DNA of 64,000 nucleotides from an uncultured Nitrososphaeraceae archaeon. Its GTDB lineage: Archaea; Thermoproteota; Nitrososphaeria; Nitrososphaerales; Nitrososphaeraceae. Positions within the stretch are counted from its first letter, which is position 1; every line of letters begins with the position of its first letter. The stretch covers positions 60,338-124,337 of the forward strand of contig CAVSMN010000014.1 of NCBI GenBank assembly GCA_963729045.1, read 5' to 3'. This document shows positions 50,894 through 62,091 of the stretch, in pieces. The position numbers were made by a program, and so were the translations under genes. The notes under the pieces are model-generated. The model saw nothing but the letters and a program-made list of their open reading frames with translations, was not told the DNA's origin and did no database searches.

Positions 50894-51304
50894 CTATGCA
50901 TTCCATCGAATTGAATCTGTATTTCGAATAAGATATGAAATTCGTTTAAAGACACTTTTTGTATCATCTCCACATCCATATTGGGAATAAAAATTGTTTC
51001 TGATATAGCAGGATTTGGAAAATTTCTGATCGACTAATTGCACATTCTTATATTTTATCAAGCCTAGGTTAATTTTTATCAAATCTGTGATTACTTGTAC
51101 CAAGCCTTTTCTTGAAGCATATGCTTTGTCTCTCTTTACATACCAAAACATCCTAGTTGGGTCTTTGGAATAATTACTAAATACTAATTCCTTTAGTTCG
51201 GTGGACCTTTCAATATCAAAGTGTCCCAAAATTTCTATCTTTTTTTTCGATAGGTGGTAAATGATATTGGGCAAATTTGGAGCAAGAAGAACAATAATTA
51301 TCAT
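50894..51304 (-). CDS. Hypothetical protein or fragment
   Basis: 136-aa ORF with no recognised motif. Confidence 0.3.
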   Translation of the reverse strand: MIIIVLLAPNLPNIIYHLSKKKIEILGHFDIERSTELKELVFSNYSKDPTRMFWYVKRDKAYASRKGLVQVITDLIKINLGLIKYKNVQLVDQKFSKSCYIRNNFYSQYGCGDDTKSVFKRISYLIRNTDSIRWNA

Positions 51305-51646
51305 ATATTAAAACCGGAAAATGAAACTTTACGTCCTTTTTTTCCATACTTGTTATTATGCATCCTAACTTTTATCTTATTAACAAGAATTTTGAATGTC
51401 TATTCTAAAGCACTCATTTTATCATAGAGTCGTGTAATATGCAGATATATACATTGTTCTATTGAATCTTAATAAGGATAAAATATCTTGTCTATTTGAT
51501 GACATCTGAAAATTATCTTTGTATTCAGAGATTTGATATGAATAGAATCATCTTGTCCAGAATAATAGAGAATGAATACAGAAGTTTGATCTATCAAAGA
51601 TCTATCAGAGACATATCGTTCATGTCGTCTGTCAGTCATTCTAACA

Positions 51647-51723
51647 GTGATCTATCAGTCATCTATCGGTCATCTACCCGTCATCTATCAGTCATCTACC
51701 CGTCATCTACCCGTCATCTGGGT
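51647..51723. repeat. 11-nt tandem repeat (GTCATCTAYCM-like), about 7 copies
   Basis: gtgatctatca gtcatctatcg gtcatctaccc gtcatctatca gtcatctaccc gtcatctaccc gtcatctg. Confidence 0.85.
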
Positions 51724-51788
51724 CAATCTAATATTGTGAGGGATTCTGCAGGTTGATTTCTTATATATAAACTTTTTGAATATTATAT

Positions 51789-52355
51789 TTGTATATAATG
51801 TCTAGAAGAATTCCACATTCAATAAAGATCGAAGTATTAAAACAATGGCTAAAAGCGGTATCCCGGGACAAAATTGCCAAAAATAACGATATTGCCTTCG
51901 GTTCTGTATCTAACATAATCCAAGAGGTCAGAGATAAGGATATTCCAGATATCGATCTACTTAGGGAAGTAGCTGTAGCATTAAAAGAGGAAGGTTTGGA
52001 GCCGATTCAGTTCGCTCGTTCTATGAGGTTAAATAAGTCATTAGATAATCTTGGATATCCGAAGAGCAAATTGAAAATTTCTTAGAACATTTAAGCGTCT
52101 TCTTTTACAAGAATGATGATAGAGACATCGAGAATTTTCTGATAGCAATTGAATCAGTTTCTGATATGGTTAAGGGTCTTGATATTTCCATTTATGATAT
52201 TCAAGAATATATTACTGATAAGCGGGCCAGAGTTAGATTCACTAATCATTGATATAATACAAATCAAATTACGAATTGAACAAGCGAAATCTGAATTCAT
52301 AGATACCGTAAAGAATACTGAGAAATATCGGGCGGCACGTATGTATGGAGCATGA
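51789..52355 (+). pseudogene. Fragmented HTH/coiled-coil protein
   Basis: HTH-like KQWLKAVSRDKIAKNNDIAFGSVSNII; coding continues in shifted frames and ends early. Confidence 0.5.
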
Positions 52356-52625
52356 ACCCCAAACTAAGTCTGGTTTTGTAGTACTTGGATTCAGTTTTGA
52401 TTGTCAAAATTAAATTTATGTCAATCTGAAATAACAATTGTAACATCCATAAATTTTCAAAATTTAATCAATATACCTAATCAGGACCTGCAAAATCGAT
52501 TTTGGTTCACAAAAATCGAGTCCGTAAGGGTGTTGCTATTCCGTTTTGATACATTTGTACTAAAAAAAGGTGATTCCTTCTAATCGATAAAGTGAACATC
52601 TGAATATTAGAAGAAAATATTTAAA

Positions 52626-53600
52626 TTGAAAAAAACATTTCAGGGTAATGTGTGGAAGATTTTAATTCCAAAAAAAATCGCATATGGGGAAAATGCCGCA
52701 AAGGAATTTGATTACCCTGAAAATGCATTAATAATAACAACCACAGAGAGCAAAATTTATGAAAAATGGATTGACTATATGGGAATAAAAAATTATCACA
52801 TTTATGATAAAGTCACTCCTGATCCAGCTATTGAATCCATTGAAACCATAAAAAATGAATTTGATGGAAAAAATGTGTCTTGTTATATCGGGTTGGGTGG
52901 AGGTAGCTCACTTGATGTGTGTAAATACTTGAGCAAGATGACTGGTGTCCCAAAAATTCTAATACCTACTACATTTGGAACAGGTGCCGAGATGACTACT
53001 TATGCTGTGATTAGTTTTGATCATAAGAAGAAACTACTACAGGATGAGGCTTTCTTGGCTGATGCTGCTGTTATTGATCCATACTTTTTGCCTGGGACTC
53101 CATTTAATATCATGCGTAATTCTGCATGTGATGCTGCAGCACAAGCCTCCGAGGGATACGACAGCAAGTTGGCAAATCCTCTAACAAAACTGTTTTGTAG
53201 AGAGGCATTTGATATTCTGGAAGACGCTATAATCAACGATAAACCTGATTTATTGCCTTATGGGGCAATGCTTTCAGGAATAGGCTTTGGCAACTCATCA
53301 ACTACCTTAGGACATGCCTTATCATACGTTTTTTCTAACGAGGGCGTGCCACACGGATATTCTTTATCTTCATGCACAACTATTGCCCACAAATTCAACA
53401 ATTCTGTCTATTATGATAGATTCAAGAAAATATGCCAAAAACTAAAATTTGAGCCCTTAAAACTTAACCAACCTCTGGATGCCGCAGCAGATGTTATTAT
53501 GCCTGATAGGGGGCATTTAGATAACAATCCGATACAAGTTACAAAACAGGACATTATAAAGTGTCTTGACGAGATTGTAAACAGTAATCCCCTTGCATAA
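52626..53600 (+). CDS. Fe-containing alcohol dehydrogenase, malonic semialdehyde reductase type (3HP/4HB cycle)
   Basis: GLGGGSSLDV, IPTTFGTGAEMTTY, STTLGHALSYVFSNEGVPHGYSLSSCTT; closely resembles N. maritimus Nmar_1110 as recalled. Confidence 0.85.
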   Translation: MKKTFQGNVWKILIPKKIAYGENAAKEFDYPENALIITTTESKIYEKWIDYMGIKNYHIYDKVTPDPAIESIETIKNEFDGKNVSCYIGLGGGSSLDVCKYLSKMTGVPKILIPTTFGTGAEMTTYAVISFDHKKKLLQDEAFLADAAVIDPYFLPGTPFNIMRNSACDAAAQASEGYDSKLANPLTKLFCREAFDILEDAIINDKPDLLPYGAMLSGIGFGNSSTTLGHALSYVFSNEGVPHGYSLSSCTTIAHKFNNSVYYDRFKKICQKLKFEPLKLNQPLDAAADVIMPDRGHLDNNPIQVTKQDIIKCLDEIVNSNPLA

Positions 53601-53670
53601 AAACCCTATTTTTTTATTTTTTGACTAGGAAAAACTATAAATTCATATTAATTATTTATCAAGTTATCTT

Positions 53671-54273
53671 ATGACTACCATTAGTAAGAGTATGGATATT
53701 GCTGCTCCATTGAGCGAAGTTTTCACTTATTTTGCAAGACCTGAACACATGGCAGATCAATTTCCAGAAAATATGGGTCTAAACGTAATTCCATTAGAAG
53801 TCAAAAACGGATTTGGAGTAGGTACAATTTTTAGAATTAGCGGTGATTTTGATGGCAAAAAATTAGAATGGGATTGTGAAACCATTGATTACATTCCACA
53901 TAAAAAAATAGTTGCAAAAATGATTGAAGGACCATTTAAACATTGGCAGATTACTGTTGATTTTGATGAATTAGAAGAGAAAAAAACAAAGACAACATTA
54001 ACAGTAGAGTACGATATGCCTATGGGACCTCTTGGAGGCTTAATTGATAAAGTTAAGCTAAAGAAGATAGCTGAAAGAGGAATGGAAAATGGGTTGTATA
54101 GAGTAAAAGCATTGTTGGAAGGTACCGGCTCAATTCCAGTCTATATAACTCTAGAAGCTTATAGAAAGGTCTTAAAAGAGAAAGAGAGGTTGAAATGCTC
54201 AGTTTCTGAGGCAATTGTTGATATCATCAATCAGAATCAACAACAAGCTACAACCGCCAAACCAATCCAATAA
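53671..54273 (+). CDS. SRPBCC (cyclase/dehydrase) family protein
   Basis: SMDIAAPLSEVF, EGPFKHW, VEYDMPMGPLGG. Confidence 0.85.
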   Translation: MTTISKSMDIAAPLSEVFTYFARPEHMADQFPENMGLNVIPLEVKNGFGVGTIFRISGDFDGKKLEWDCETIDYIPHKKIVAKMIEGPFKHWQITVDFDELEEKKTKTTLTVEYDMPMGPLGGLIDKVKLKKIAERGMENGLYRVKALLEGTGSIPVYITLEAYRKVLKEKERLKCSVSEAIVDIINQNQQQATTAKPIQ

Positions 54274-54321
54274 TTTTTTGAAACCATTATATTAATAAAA
54301 CAGATAATCTCCTTAGTTTAG

Positions 54322-54329
54322 TTTAAATA
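54322..54329 (+). promoter_or_regulatory. TATA box of tRNA-Lys
   Basis: TTTAAATA about 27 nt upstream of the tRNA 5' end. Confidence 0.5.
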
Positions 54330-54356
54330 GTGTTCAGCTAATTTCATTTAAACGTA

Positions 54357-54445
54357 GGGTTCGTAGCTCAGCCAGGTAGAGCGTCTGGCTCTTAACCAGA
54401 TCGAAAGAGGTTAAAATGTCGTGGGTCCGAATCCCACCGAACCCG
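54357..54445 (+). tRNA. tRNA-Lys(CTT) with a 15-nt intron at position 42/43 (54400-54414)
   Basis: Acceptor stem GGGTTCG/CGAACCC; TCTGG-CTCTTAA-CCAGA; BHB formed by AACC/GGTT with AGA and AAA bulges; T-arm GTGGG-TCCGAAT-CCCAC. Confidence 0.92.
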
Positions 54446-54474
54446 CTTAGAAATACACACTAATATAGCTTAAT

Positions 54475-55712
54475 TTGGACTACAACTATTGTAAGTTGTG
54501 GTTAGCAGAGACAACTCCATTTCAAAATTTCACATATGCTTTAAAGTCTAAGGATGTTAAAAGACAATATCCCGCTATGCTCATGAGGTTTTTAAATTTC
54601 ACAAATGCAGCCGGAGAAACTATTGAGGAAAAATGTGCTTCATCTATACGAATTTTTCACAGAAGATTGAAAATCGTAAAGCTTTAGAATCAGAGCTAAT
54701 GCGCTATATGCAATTTCAACAAGGTAGAGTTGAAAGCAAGGAGATTAATCCTGGTACCTTCGGAATTACATAAAAGCCATAAAACATTTCTTCACTATGA
54801 ATGACATCCTTGTGAATTGGGATAAGATAAAGAAGGGAATGCCTTCTGCTAACCAAACTTCAAATGATAGAATTCCTGAAATCGATGAAATAAAAACTCT
54901 GTTATGTTATACTGACATTCGAATTAAACCAATAGTTTTAACAATGCTTTCATCTGGAATTCGTGTTGGTGCATGGAATTGGCTAAAATGGAAGAACATA
55001 ATTCCAATAGAAAAAGATGGTGTCAAAAATTGCGCCAAACTCATTGTTTATCATGGCGAACCTGAGCAGTATTTCTCATTCATAACTCGAGAAGCATACT
55101 TGTCTTTAAAAGCTTATATGGATTTTAGAGAACTCCACGGGGAGAAAGTTAACGGTGAGAGTTGGTTAATGAGGGATCAATGGCAAAAAATAAGTAAAAC
55201 TCATGGCCATAGGATAGGTCAAGCTGGTAAGCCAAAGAAATTCGATTCTGAAGGTATTAGAAGATTAATTTATGATTCCTGGAAGATACAGGGGGTATTG
55301 AAAGTCAATGTTCGCACCTCCGGATAAAAAAACATCCATTCAAATCGTCTCATGGTTTTAGAAAGTTTTTTCAAACTCAATGTGAACTTGTCATGAAATC
55401 GAGGACGTCGAGATTTTAATGGGACATGGGTTTTCAAGTCGGGGATTAAAGGCTAACTATTATCGGCCCACCGAAACGTATCTTCTTGGACAATACCTAA
55501 AGGCCGTCGACTTGTTGACAGTTAGCGATGATAATAAACTTAACAATCACATTATAACATTAGAAGCAAGAGAAAAACAGAATCATGAAATAATTACTAA
55601 GAAACTACAGGAAAAGGATGACGCCCTAACTTCTTTATCGGACCAGGTAATGAAGCTGATTGAGAAAGTAGAGTACCTCGAGAATACTACGAGACTTCCC
55701 ATATCTAAATAA
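54475..55712 (+). pseudogene. Tyrosine recombinase/integrase, split into at least 3 frames
   Basis: LTMLSSGIRVG (catalytic R), SHGFRKFF near 55348 (HxxR), LMGH...NYY (H, Y) across consecutive ORFs. Confidence 0.85.
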
Positions 55713-55943
55713 TTCTTCATAAGTACTAATCATGGTAGATGATGCTTTAATGCGTACATGTACTTCTTGTCTTCTGATAGGATATCACTTGTAGGGTTAG
55801 AAAATAGTCCACATGTTTGAGGTATATGATATCGTAACTTAGTAAGAAAATCTATCACTCGTTCATTGTATTTATCCATAAAGGCGTTTTTGATTCCGTC
55901 AATTACCTTTGTATCACTCCTAGTTTGTACATATAAATAATCT

Positions 55944-56813
55944 TTAGTTGGAAAAAATATCGAACTCCTGGATTATTGTTCCATGCTGTCTAAGAACGGC
56001 CTTCATTTCCACTTCTAGTATGGTTAATTTTGCATTATTTGACAAATCTTCTGAGTTTATTATCTCTATAATATTTTCGTCTTTGTCCACTTCTATTCTC
56101 AAATGCTCGGTGTCATTCCATTTCAAAGACAGATGATAAGAAAAACTTTATCTTTCTTCTATATCATCAGATTGCTTGTTTGCATTTCTAGACCAACTAA
56201 AAATCTGTCTCATCAAAAATCCATAGTTTGAAACAGCCTTGTTTCCATTAATATTGTTAAGCAATTTTACACTATATAGTATGTCTTTACCGACCATCGT
56301 TAAGTAATTTTGAATGAATGAGTAAAATAATATATCATAATTTATCGTATCTATTGTTTTTTTGCTTATCACCGGAAACAAAAAAAGTTTGAAAAGCAAA
56401 TTCGTTCCATAATATTTTTGTAAATCTCTAATGAGAGCAATAGAAGCAGTCATGTCTCTAGTATTAAATATAAGGTAAAGGATACCTGATAATGATAATC
56501 TACAGGGGTTATTTTTGGTATTTTTTGATTTACGTTCCAAAGGCACCGTAGAAATCCTTAGTAAACCATTCTCAACTAAGATACCAATATTATTATAAGC
56601 TTTTCTCTTTAGTGCATCTGTTTTATATCCAGAATCAGTACAGTAATCGTAAGATATATTGTTAGGATGTCGCAAAAAGTAATTCAAAATTGGAATATAT
56701 TTCAGAAATGACCTTTTCAATAATTTGTCATTCCTCAAGATATCACTATCAAGAAGAATGCAGTCTAAATCATCAGTGCTAATAATATAGCCGGATTCAT
56801 CGACTATTGACAT
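55944..56813 (-). CDS. Hypothetical wHTH-containing protein, probably frameshift-split
   Basis: KAYNNIGILVENGLL...CRLSLSGILYL; the adjacent ORF 55944..56126 continues it. Confidence 0.5.
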
Positions 56814-56869
56814 TTTATTATTTTTTTTATCAATACCGACTCTTATACTTTATATAAATTACAGTAATT

Positions 56870-57253
56870 ATGGATTATTTCATAAATAATGAAACGACTT
56901 CTCTTAAGGAATTTAGGAAGGTCCAAGGATTAGTAGGTGATTCATCTTTTTCAATCGTCTTACCTAAATCCTACGCAGTTGATTTGAGTATTGGTAAAGG
57001 TGACTTTGTAATGGTTACCAAGATTGATAAAACAGTATACTTGATCCCAGAAGGCTTGACTGAAATGGCAATTGAATTATTTACTCCAATTGTAACAAGG
57101 GAATATTTACCAACTTTGTTGTCAGGTAACATATCTATTAACTATTCGGTCCAAAAATACAAAGAAAGAAATTACCACTCTAAATCAAGTGTAAAAAGAC
57201 TATTAGAAAAAAGCAAGGTCGTCCAATGTAGCAGCATTAGACGACTACAATAA
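56870..57253 (+). CDS. AbrB/MazE/SpoVT-family DNA-binding protein (3' part may be a separate or fused fragment)
   Basis: EFRKVQGLVGDSSFSIVLPKSYAVDLSIGKGDFV. Confidence 0.75.
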   Translation: MDYFINNETTSLKEFRKVQGLVGDSSFSIVLPKSYAVDLSIGKGDFVMVTKIDKTVYLIPEGLTEMAIELFTPIVTREYLPTLLSGNISINYSVQKYKERNYHSKSSVKRLLEKSKVVQCSSIRRLQ

Positions 57254-57946
57254 AAGGAGTTAGAAATGACTATGGATACATCGACAACTCCTTACGAGCA
57301 ATGCGAGGAAGACGATAATAAATATTCCTGCACGATTTGAGACTGCGAAAGAAGAGGCCAATGAACAATCAGATTTACCATTCGGAGAATATGGAGGTAC
57401 ATATTTTTCCTTTGCAAGGAATGTAAGGAAATGATTGAAAATATGGGGAATAGTTGAATTGGCTAAATCCACGATTTACAAATATTTAGAAGCCCAATAC
57501 AAATCGTTAACGATAGTCAATGGAATGAATAAACCAAATATAGCAGAAAAAAGTAGCAGCAAATTTTCTGCTACTATGTCTAACCTGAGAGTATAAAGAT
57601 GATATTTAATCGATTTAGAGAAAATTTTATTTATGAAGAAAGTGCGGCGGATGATGTTTACAAAGAATAAGAAGGGGGGAAATTCGATGAAAACTTACAA
57701 TCTATTTCTTACGTAAACACCATTGAAGAAGTATAAAACCACAATTCAAGTGATGAATCACAATCAGAATTACAAAAAGTAGCAGAAAAGGTTGGAAGAG
57801 GTCACCAATCCTGTAACCAGCATAGAGACTCCTTCTAATTCTATGCTGGTATTAGAAAACACGGATAATCCTCAGATACTAATTAGGGATTTAGAAACTC
57901 GTTTCGTAGCAACAAAAAACTATTTTCGAAAAGACAATTACGAATA

Positions 57947-58869
57947 TTGGAATTAGCAGCTTCTATTCATATTTGTGAAAAAAGAGGGATTACTGTTAAT
58001 GATTTAGAAAAATTAGACTACAAGAAAGACAATGCAGAAAAAATTATTCAAGATGCTAAAAAAGCGGGGTTACTTACACCCCTAGAGAAAAGAATAGTTA
58101 AGCATAAACAATATGCATTGTCAAATTACAAATTTGTATTAGACAAAAAAGGAAGTAGAGAAAAAGAAAAGAGATACCATTAAACGATGTTATTCTAGTA
58201 TTGTTAAAATTACTTTTGGACAAAAATAGAAGAGGACCATGATTTTGTAATAGAAACTAGCCTTAATTATCCAAAAAAGGATTATAATGCTATAGCAGGA
58301 GAGATTTTAAGTGAGAAAAATAAACAAAAAACTGGAATCATTCCCTTATCTACAACACGTAGTTGCAGTTATACAGTATCACCAAATGGAACTATTATGC
58401 TCTTTATTGAATGTACTTTAGAGCCCTTTGATTTGCATTCATATCGCGGTGTGGCTGACTTTTTTGCAACCTGCGGTCAGATTTATTCATTTTTTCAGAC
58501 TGAAACTAAAAGAAGAGCAAAAGTGATTCCTTATGTCCATGATTGGTACCTGAAGGAATTTGAATATAACAAAGATTTAGTAATAGAAGAATTAGAGAGT
58601 AACTGTCCTATGGTCAGATGGACTGCGAAAGGATTAATAAAACTAAAGATACCCTAGGACATTTATTTCAAATATATCAAAAACCCATGCCGCTCATAGG
58701 TAACTGTTTAAGAATCGAAGGTCGACATTCGGAAAAAGCAGATAAGAATTTAGTTGAACAAATAGAAAAATTACCTATAGAGGAAAACCACTTATTCGTA
58801 ACAGCTGAAGAAATGTTACAGAAACATCTAAAGGACCAATACGATAATTCTTCCTCAACTATGCTCTAA
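57947..58869 (+). pseudogene. Fragmented HTH plus possible replication-initiator-like protein
   Basis: GITVNDL...AKKAGLL; HDFVIET; YTVSPNGT..IECT..PFDL; WYLKEFEYNKD; QIYQK; LRIEG across at least 4 frame segments. Confidence 0.45.
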
Positions 58870-59173
58870 ACTGTACATCAAACACGGACTTACCATAATT
58901 ACTAAGGTTTAATAAAGACTGGATAATTGTTAAGGCTTCTATCTTTTTATACACGGAGTTTACACACATTATCAAGTTGGTAGATATAGAAAGAGGCTCG
59001 GTCGTTATCAATAAATTGGAAAAATACTAGGGTTAAGCACCGTATACGCGACGTATGTTTGATTTAGCGTGAGAAGTAATAGTCTTCACTTCCTAATGTC
59101 ACCTTTTCAACTGGAAGATTAGAAGCTCTGGCTATACCTTCAGCAATTCTAAACGCCAATGTAGAAATGGTTA

Positions 59174-59637
59174 ATGAAGGGGACAAATACTGTGATAAGT
59201 GCAGATACTATAAAACTTAAATCTCTAAAAGAACCTACAGAACAATCCGATGGCCTTAGAATTCTGATTGCCAGATACAGACCACGATATCTGCGTAAGG
59301 AAGACGAGAATTGGAATGTCTGGTGGAAGGACGTTAGCCCCAGTAAATCGCTTTGGAAAGAGTATCTCAAAGACAAGAAAATAGATTGGGATGAATACTC
59401 TCGTAGATATAAATTGGAAACATAAACAATCCTTTAGCATTAAAGACCTTACAAAACTTGGCTTCGCTGGATAGGACTACTATTAGTCCAAATACAAACC
59501 AGGAAGAACAACAGCAGCCTTCGCCCCACTGCTCTGACATATTATCAAAATTTGATACCGTCACACTCCTCTGTCATTGCAAAGATGAAAATCATTGTCA
59601 CAGGTCTTTGGTTAAACAAATGGTGAAAGAAATATGA
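59174..59637 (+). pseudogene. DUF488 family protein, frameshifted near 59420
   Basis: DGLRILIARYRPRYL...SPSKSL; the shifted frame gives VTLLCHCKDENHCHRSLV to TGA at 59635-59637. Confidence 0.75.
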
Positions 59638-59787
59638 TGGTCTGAGTATGGACCGAGTCTTTCGTGTCTACAAAATAAGTGCAAAATAATTAGATTTGAA
59701 CTACAAGTATATCCTAGGATTGAATGGTATGGTGATTGTGTTTCTCTATAGCTTCATAATTTAGTAGTAAGATTTTACTAATTCCTT

Positions 59788-60009
59788 ATGAGTTTTTTAC
59801 TGCAAACTAGTATCATGGTTTCTCCAAACCATGATAATTATATTAACTTGTTGCCTGACGGCACGTACAAAATTAAACATCGAATCATAGTCAAACGTGA
59901 TTATGAGGATTCTACTAGAGTCTTGACGGCTGTTCCTGTTATAAATACTGAATCAAAAGAGTTAGTGGCCTTTATAGATATAAAATGGGAGAAAGATGAT
60001 TATATATAG
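59788..60009 (+). CDS. Small hypothetical protein
   Basis: ORF only. Confidence 0.35.
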   Translation: MSFLLQTSIMVSPNHDNYINLLPDGTYKIKHRIIVKRDYEDSTRVLTAVPVINTESKELVAFIDIKWEKDDYI

Positions 60010-60104
60010 AAAAATATCATAAATCTAAATTGGTCTAATTTCTTTTAGAAAGATACTAGACTTCACGCTCATTAAAAAAATATATTATTCCAAATGACGA
60101 CACT

Positions 60105-60416
60105 ATGAGGCGCATCTTTACCCTATCAATGCTTAAATGTGATATTTTTGGTTATCTAGTAATGTCTTCATTTGATAGTGTAGACTGGAGTCAAGTGTTA
60201 AAAAAAGAAGCTAGAGGAATAGAGAATGCTGATTTAGGCGAAGTACAAGAGATTCGTCAAGAAAATGTCATAACTAAAGTTGGGTTAATAGATAAAGTAA
60301 CATACAGTATCCCAAAGAGCTTTGTTGATACATTTGACGGCCATACTTTACGATTCAAACTAACAAAAGAAGAAGCAGAAGCCCGATTTAAAACAAAAGA
60401 TGAAGTATGGGTTTAA
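60105..60416 (+). CDS. Small PRC-barrel-like hypothetical protein (start probably ATG near 60162)
   Basis: VLKKEARGIENADLGEVQE...YSIPKSFVDTFDG. Confidence 0.6.
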   Translation: MRRIFTLSMLKCDIFGYLVMSSFDSVDWSQVLKKEARGIENADLGEVQEIRQENVITKVGLIDKVTYSIPKSFVDTFDGHTLRFKLTKEEAEARFKTKDEVWV

Positions 60417-60682
60417 AGAAGTGTTTGGTTTAGCTTTTTCATTTTTTTCATTTTGGATTTCTTAGATTGATTAGGTAATCAAACTAAAAAATGAAATCAA
60501 AATAAATATTGTATTACTTCCTCTTGTAAAATCCCGTGTCTAAATTTATCGATTCTATCTCTATGATTAGAATAACTGGAGAATACGATTGCAAGAAGAT
60601 ATTGGTATGGCGTGAATGTTAGAATAGCTGAAAGAAGATAAGGAGATAAGCATGAATTTGAAATCTTAAACCTATGAATATG

Positions 60683-61101
60683 ATGAAATGCAAAAAAGAA
60701 ATACATGTAGTTTGTGGAATTTTGTTTATTTTTGGAACAATATTGATAGATACAACAGGCCCTTGGGGATTCAGTGTATGGTCAGACTAATCACATAAAC
60801 CAACCAGCAACCTAGCTGTTATATTTAATGCTAAGTACTCCAGCAATAAAATATCGACACAACAAATTCAACAGCAAACCAAACCAGCGCCCCAACCGCT
60901 GCTAATAGTACCATTACAACAACGGCACAACAAGAAGCATCTAATTCTATAAAGGGAGCTATTACTGAGACTGGAGAATTCCTAAGCAATGCAACTCAAA
61001 AAGTGACAACTTCAAAATCAGCAGCAGCACTTCTTAATTATACTTCAAACGAATTAGGCAACGCCTATGTTGAGACTCAAAAGTTCTTTAGTCCGAACTA
61101 G
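60683..61101 (+). pseudogene. Disrupted secreted protein gene
   Basis: Signal-peptide-like start, frameshifted VYGQT, intact C-terminal part ...GEFLSNATQKV...VETQKFFSPN. Confidence 0.4.
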
Positions 61102-61241
61102 TTAGTTTTTTTACTAACTATTATACATATGTATACTAAACATGGATCTGTATGTCAAATGATATATATGTTTTAAACCACTCATTTTCCCATGTTTGCA
61201 TTGAAATAATTTTAAAATAATATTCACCGTAAAATTCACGA

Positions 61242-61490
61242 ATGTTATTTAAAAGGTCATGCTATTTCTTACCCTGTTCTGAAAAAACAAAAATAGTCCG
61301 CACACCAAAGAAAAATATGGTAAACTTATCGAATGGAGATAGGAAAAAAGAGAACGAAAATTTTCAATTTTCTGAACCACCACCCACTCCGGAGCCCTAT
61401 CGAAGCCCTGACCCACAATCACAACCTACACCTGAACCTGTTCCTGAGCCCACGCCGGAACCGAATCCCGAACCAGAACCGTACCAATAA
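61242..61490 (+). CDS. Small Pro/Glu-rich protein
   Basis: PTPEP/PVPEP/PNPEP repeats. Confidence 0.4.
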   Translation: MLFKRSCYFLPCSEKTKIVRTPKKNMVNLSNGDRKKENENFQFSEPPPTPEPYRSPDPQSQPTPEPVPEPTPEPNPEPEPYQ

Positions 61491-61546
61491 ACACGTTAAT
61501 ATTTTTGTTTCTATGAATTCGACTGTTCTCTTCATATCATTCTATT

Positions 61547-61819
61547 TTACATAGGAACTTCAGGCACTACGTCAGTTGCATTTTCAGCTGGAAGAGTTTT
61601 ATTTAACATTTGAATGGTCGAATTTGTTTCGTTAATTGTAGTCATTGGTAAATCTGACGCTGTAGGAGTTTGCCCCTGTGTCGAACTTGTCATGACCCCT
61701 ATCAAAGTAATAATTGATATTGCAACAGCAATTACGATTAGATACATAATATTCATGATATTCTTGGTATCACATAATATGTTATATAATATACAGCATG
61801 GGAAGATAATATTATACAT
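61547..61819 (-). CDS. Small secreted or membrane protein
   Basis: Hydrophobic helix followed by a Thr/Asn-rich tail with sequons. Confidence 0.45.
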   Translation of the reverse strand: MYNIIFPCCILYNILCDTKNIMNIMYLIVIAVAISIITLIGVMTSSTQGQTPTASDLPMTTINETNSTIQMLNKTLPAENATDVVPEVPM

Positions 61820-62091
61820 TCAAAGAATAGAAAACGGAAAAAGGCGAATGGTTATCTACCTATCAAACTATTTTCTTTCCTTATTGACATCAATCATTGT
61901 TACTGGCAACGTTTATTCATATCAAATATCCATTGGCCTATTGAAAATCTAAGATAGATAATTGGTAAGATGCCTGTGGCACAAAATTGGTTCAATTAAT
62001 AAAATATGAATGCCTTTCTGCCCATAAGCCTGTCAATATGCGAAGTTAAAATATAATGATGACATTTTACTGAAGTAGAAGAAAAAATATA

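Noticed and set aside
27433..51723. Tandem repeats (27.4, 34.0, 47.6 and 51.7 kb) considered as CRISPR arrays
   Set aside because: No unique spacers, wrong unit lengths, no cas genes.
4366..53236. Numerous short ORFs antisense to or nested in recognised genes (for example 4366, 5808, 10667, 16680, 30937, 40266, 44950, 53021)
   Set aside because: Shadow ORFs of well-supported genes.
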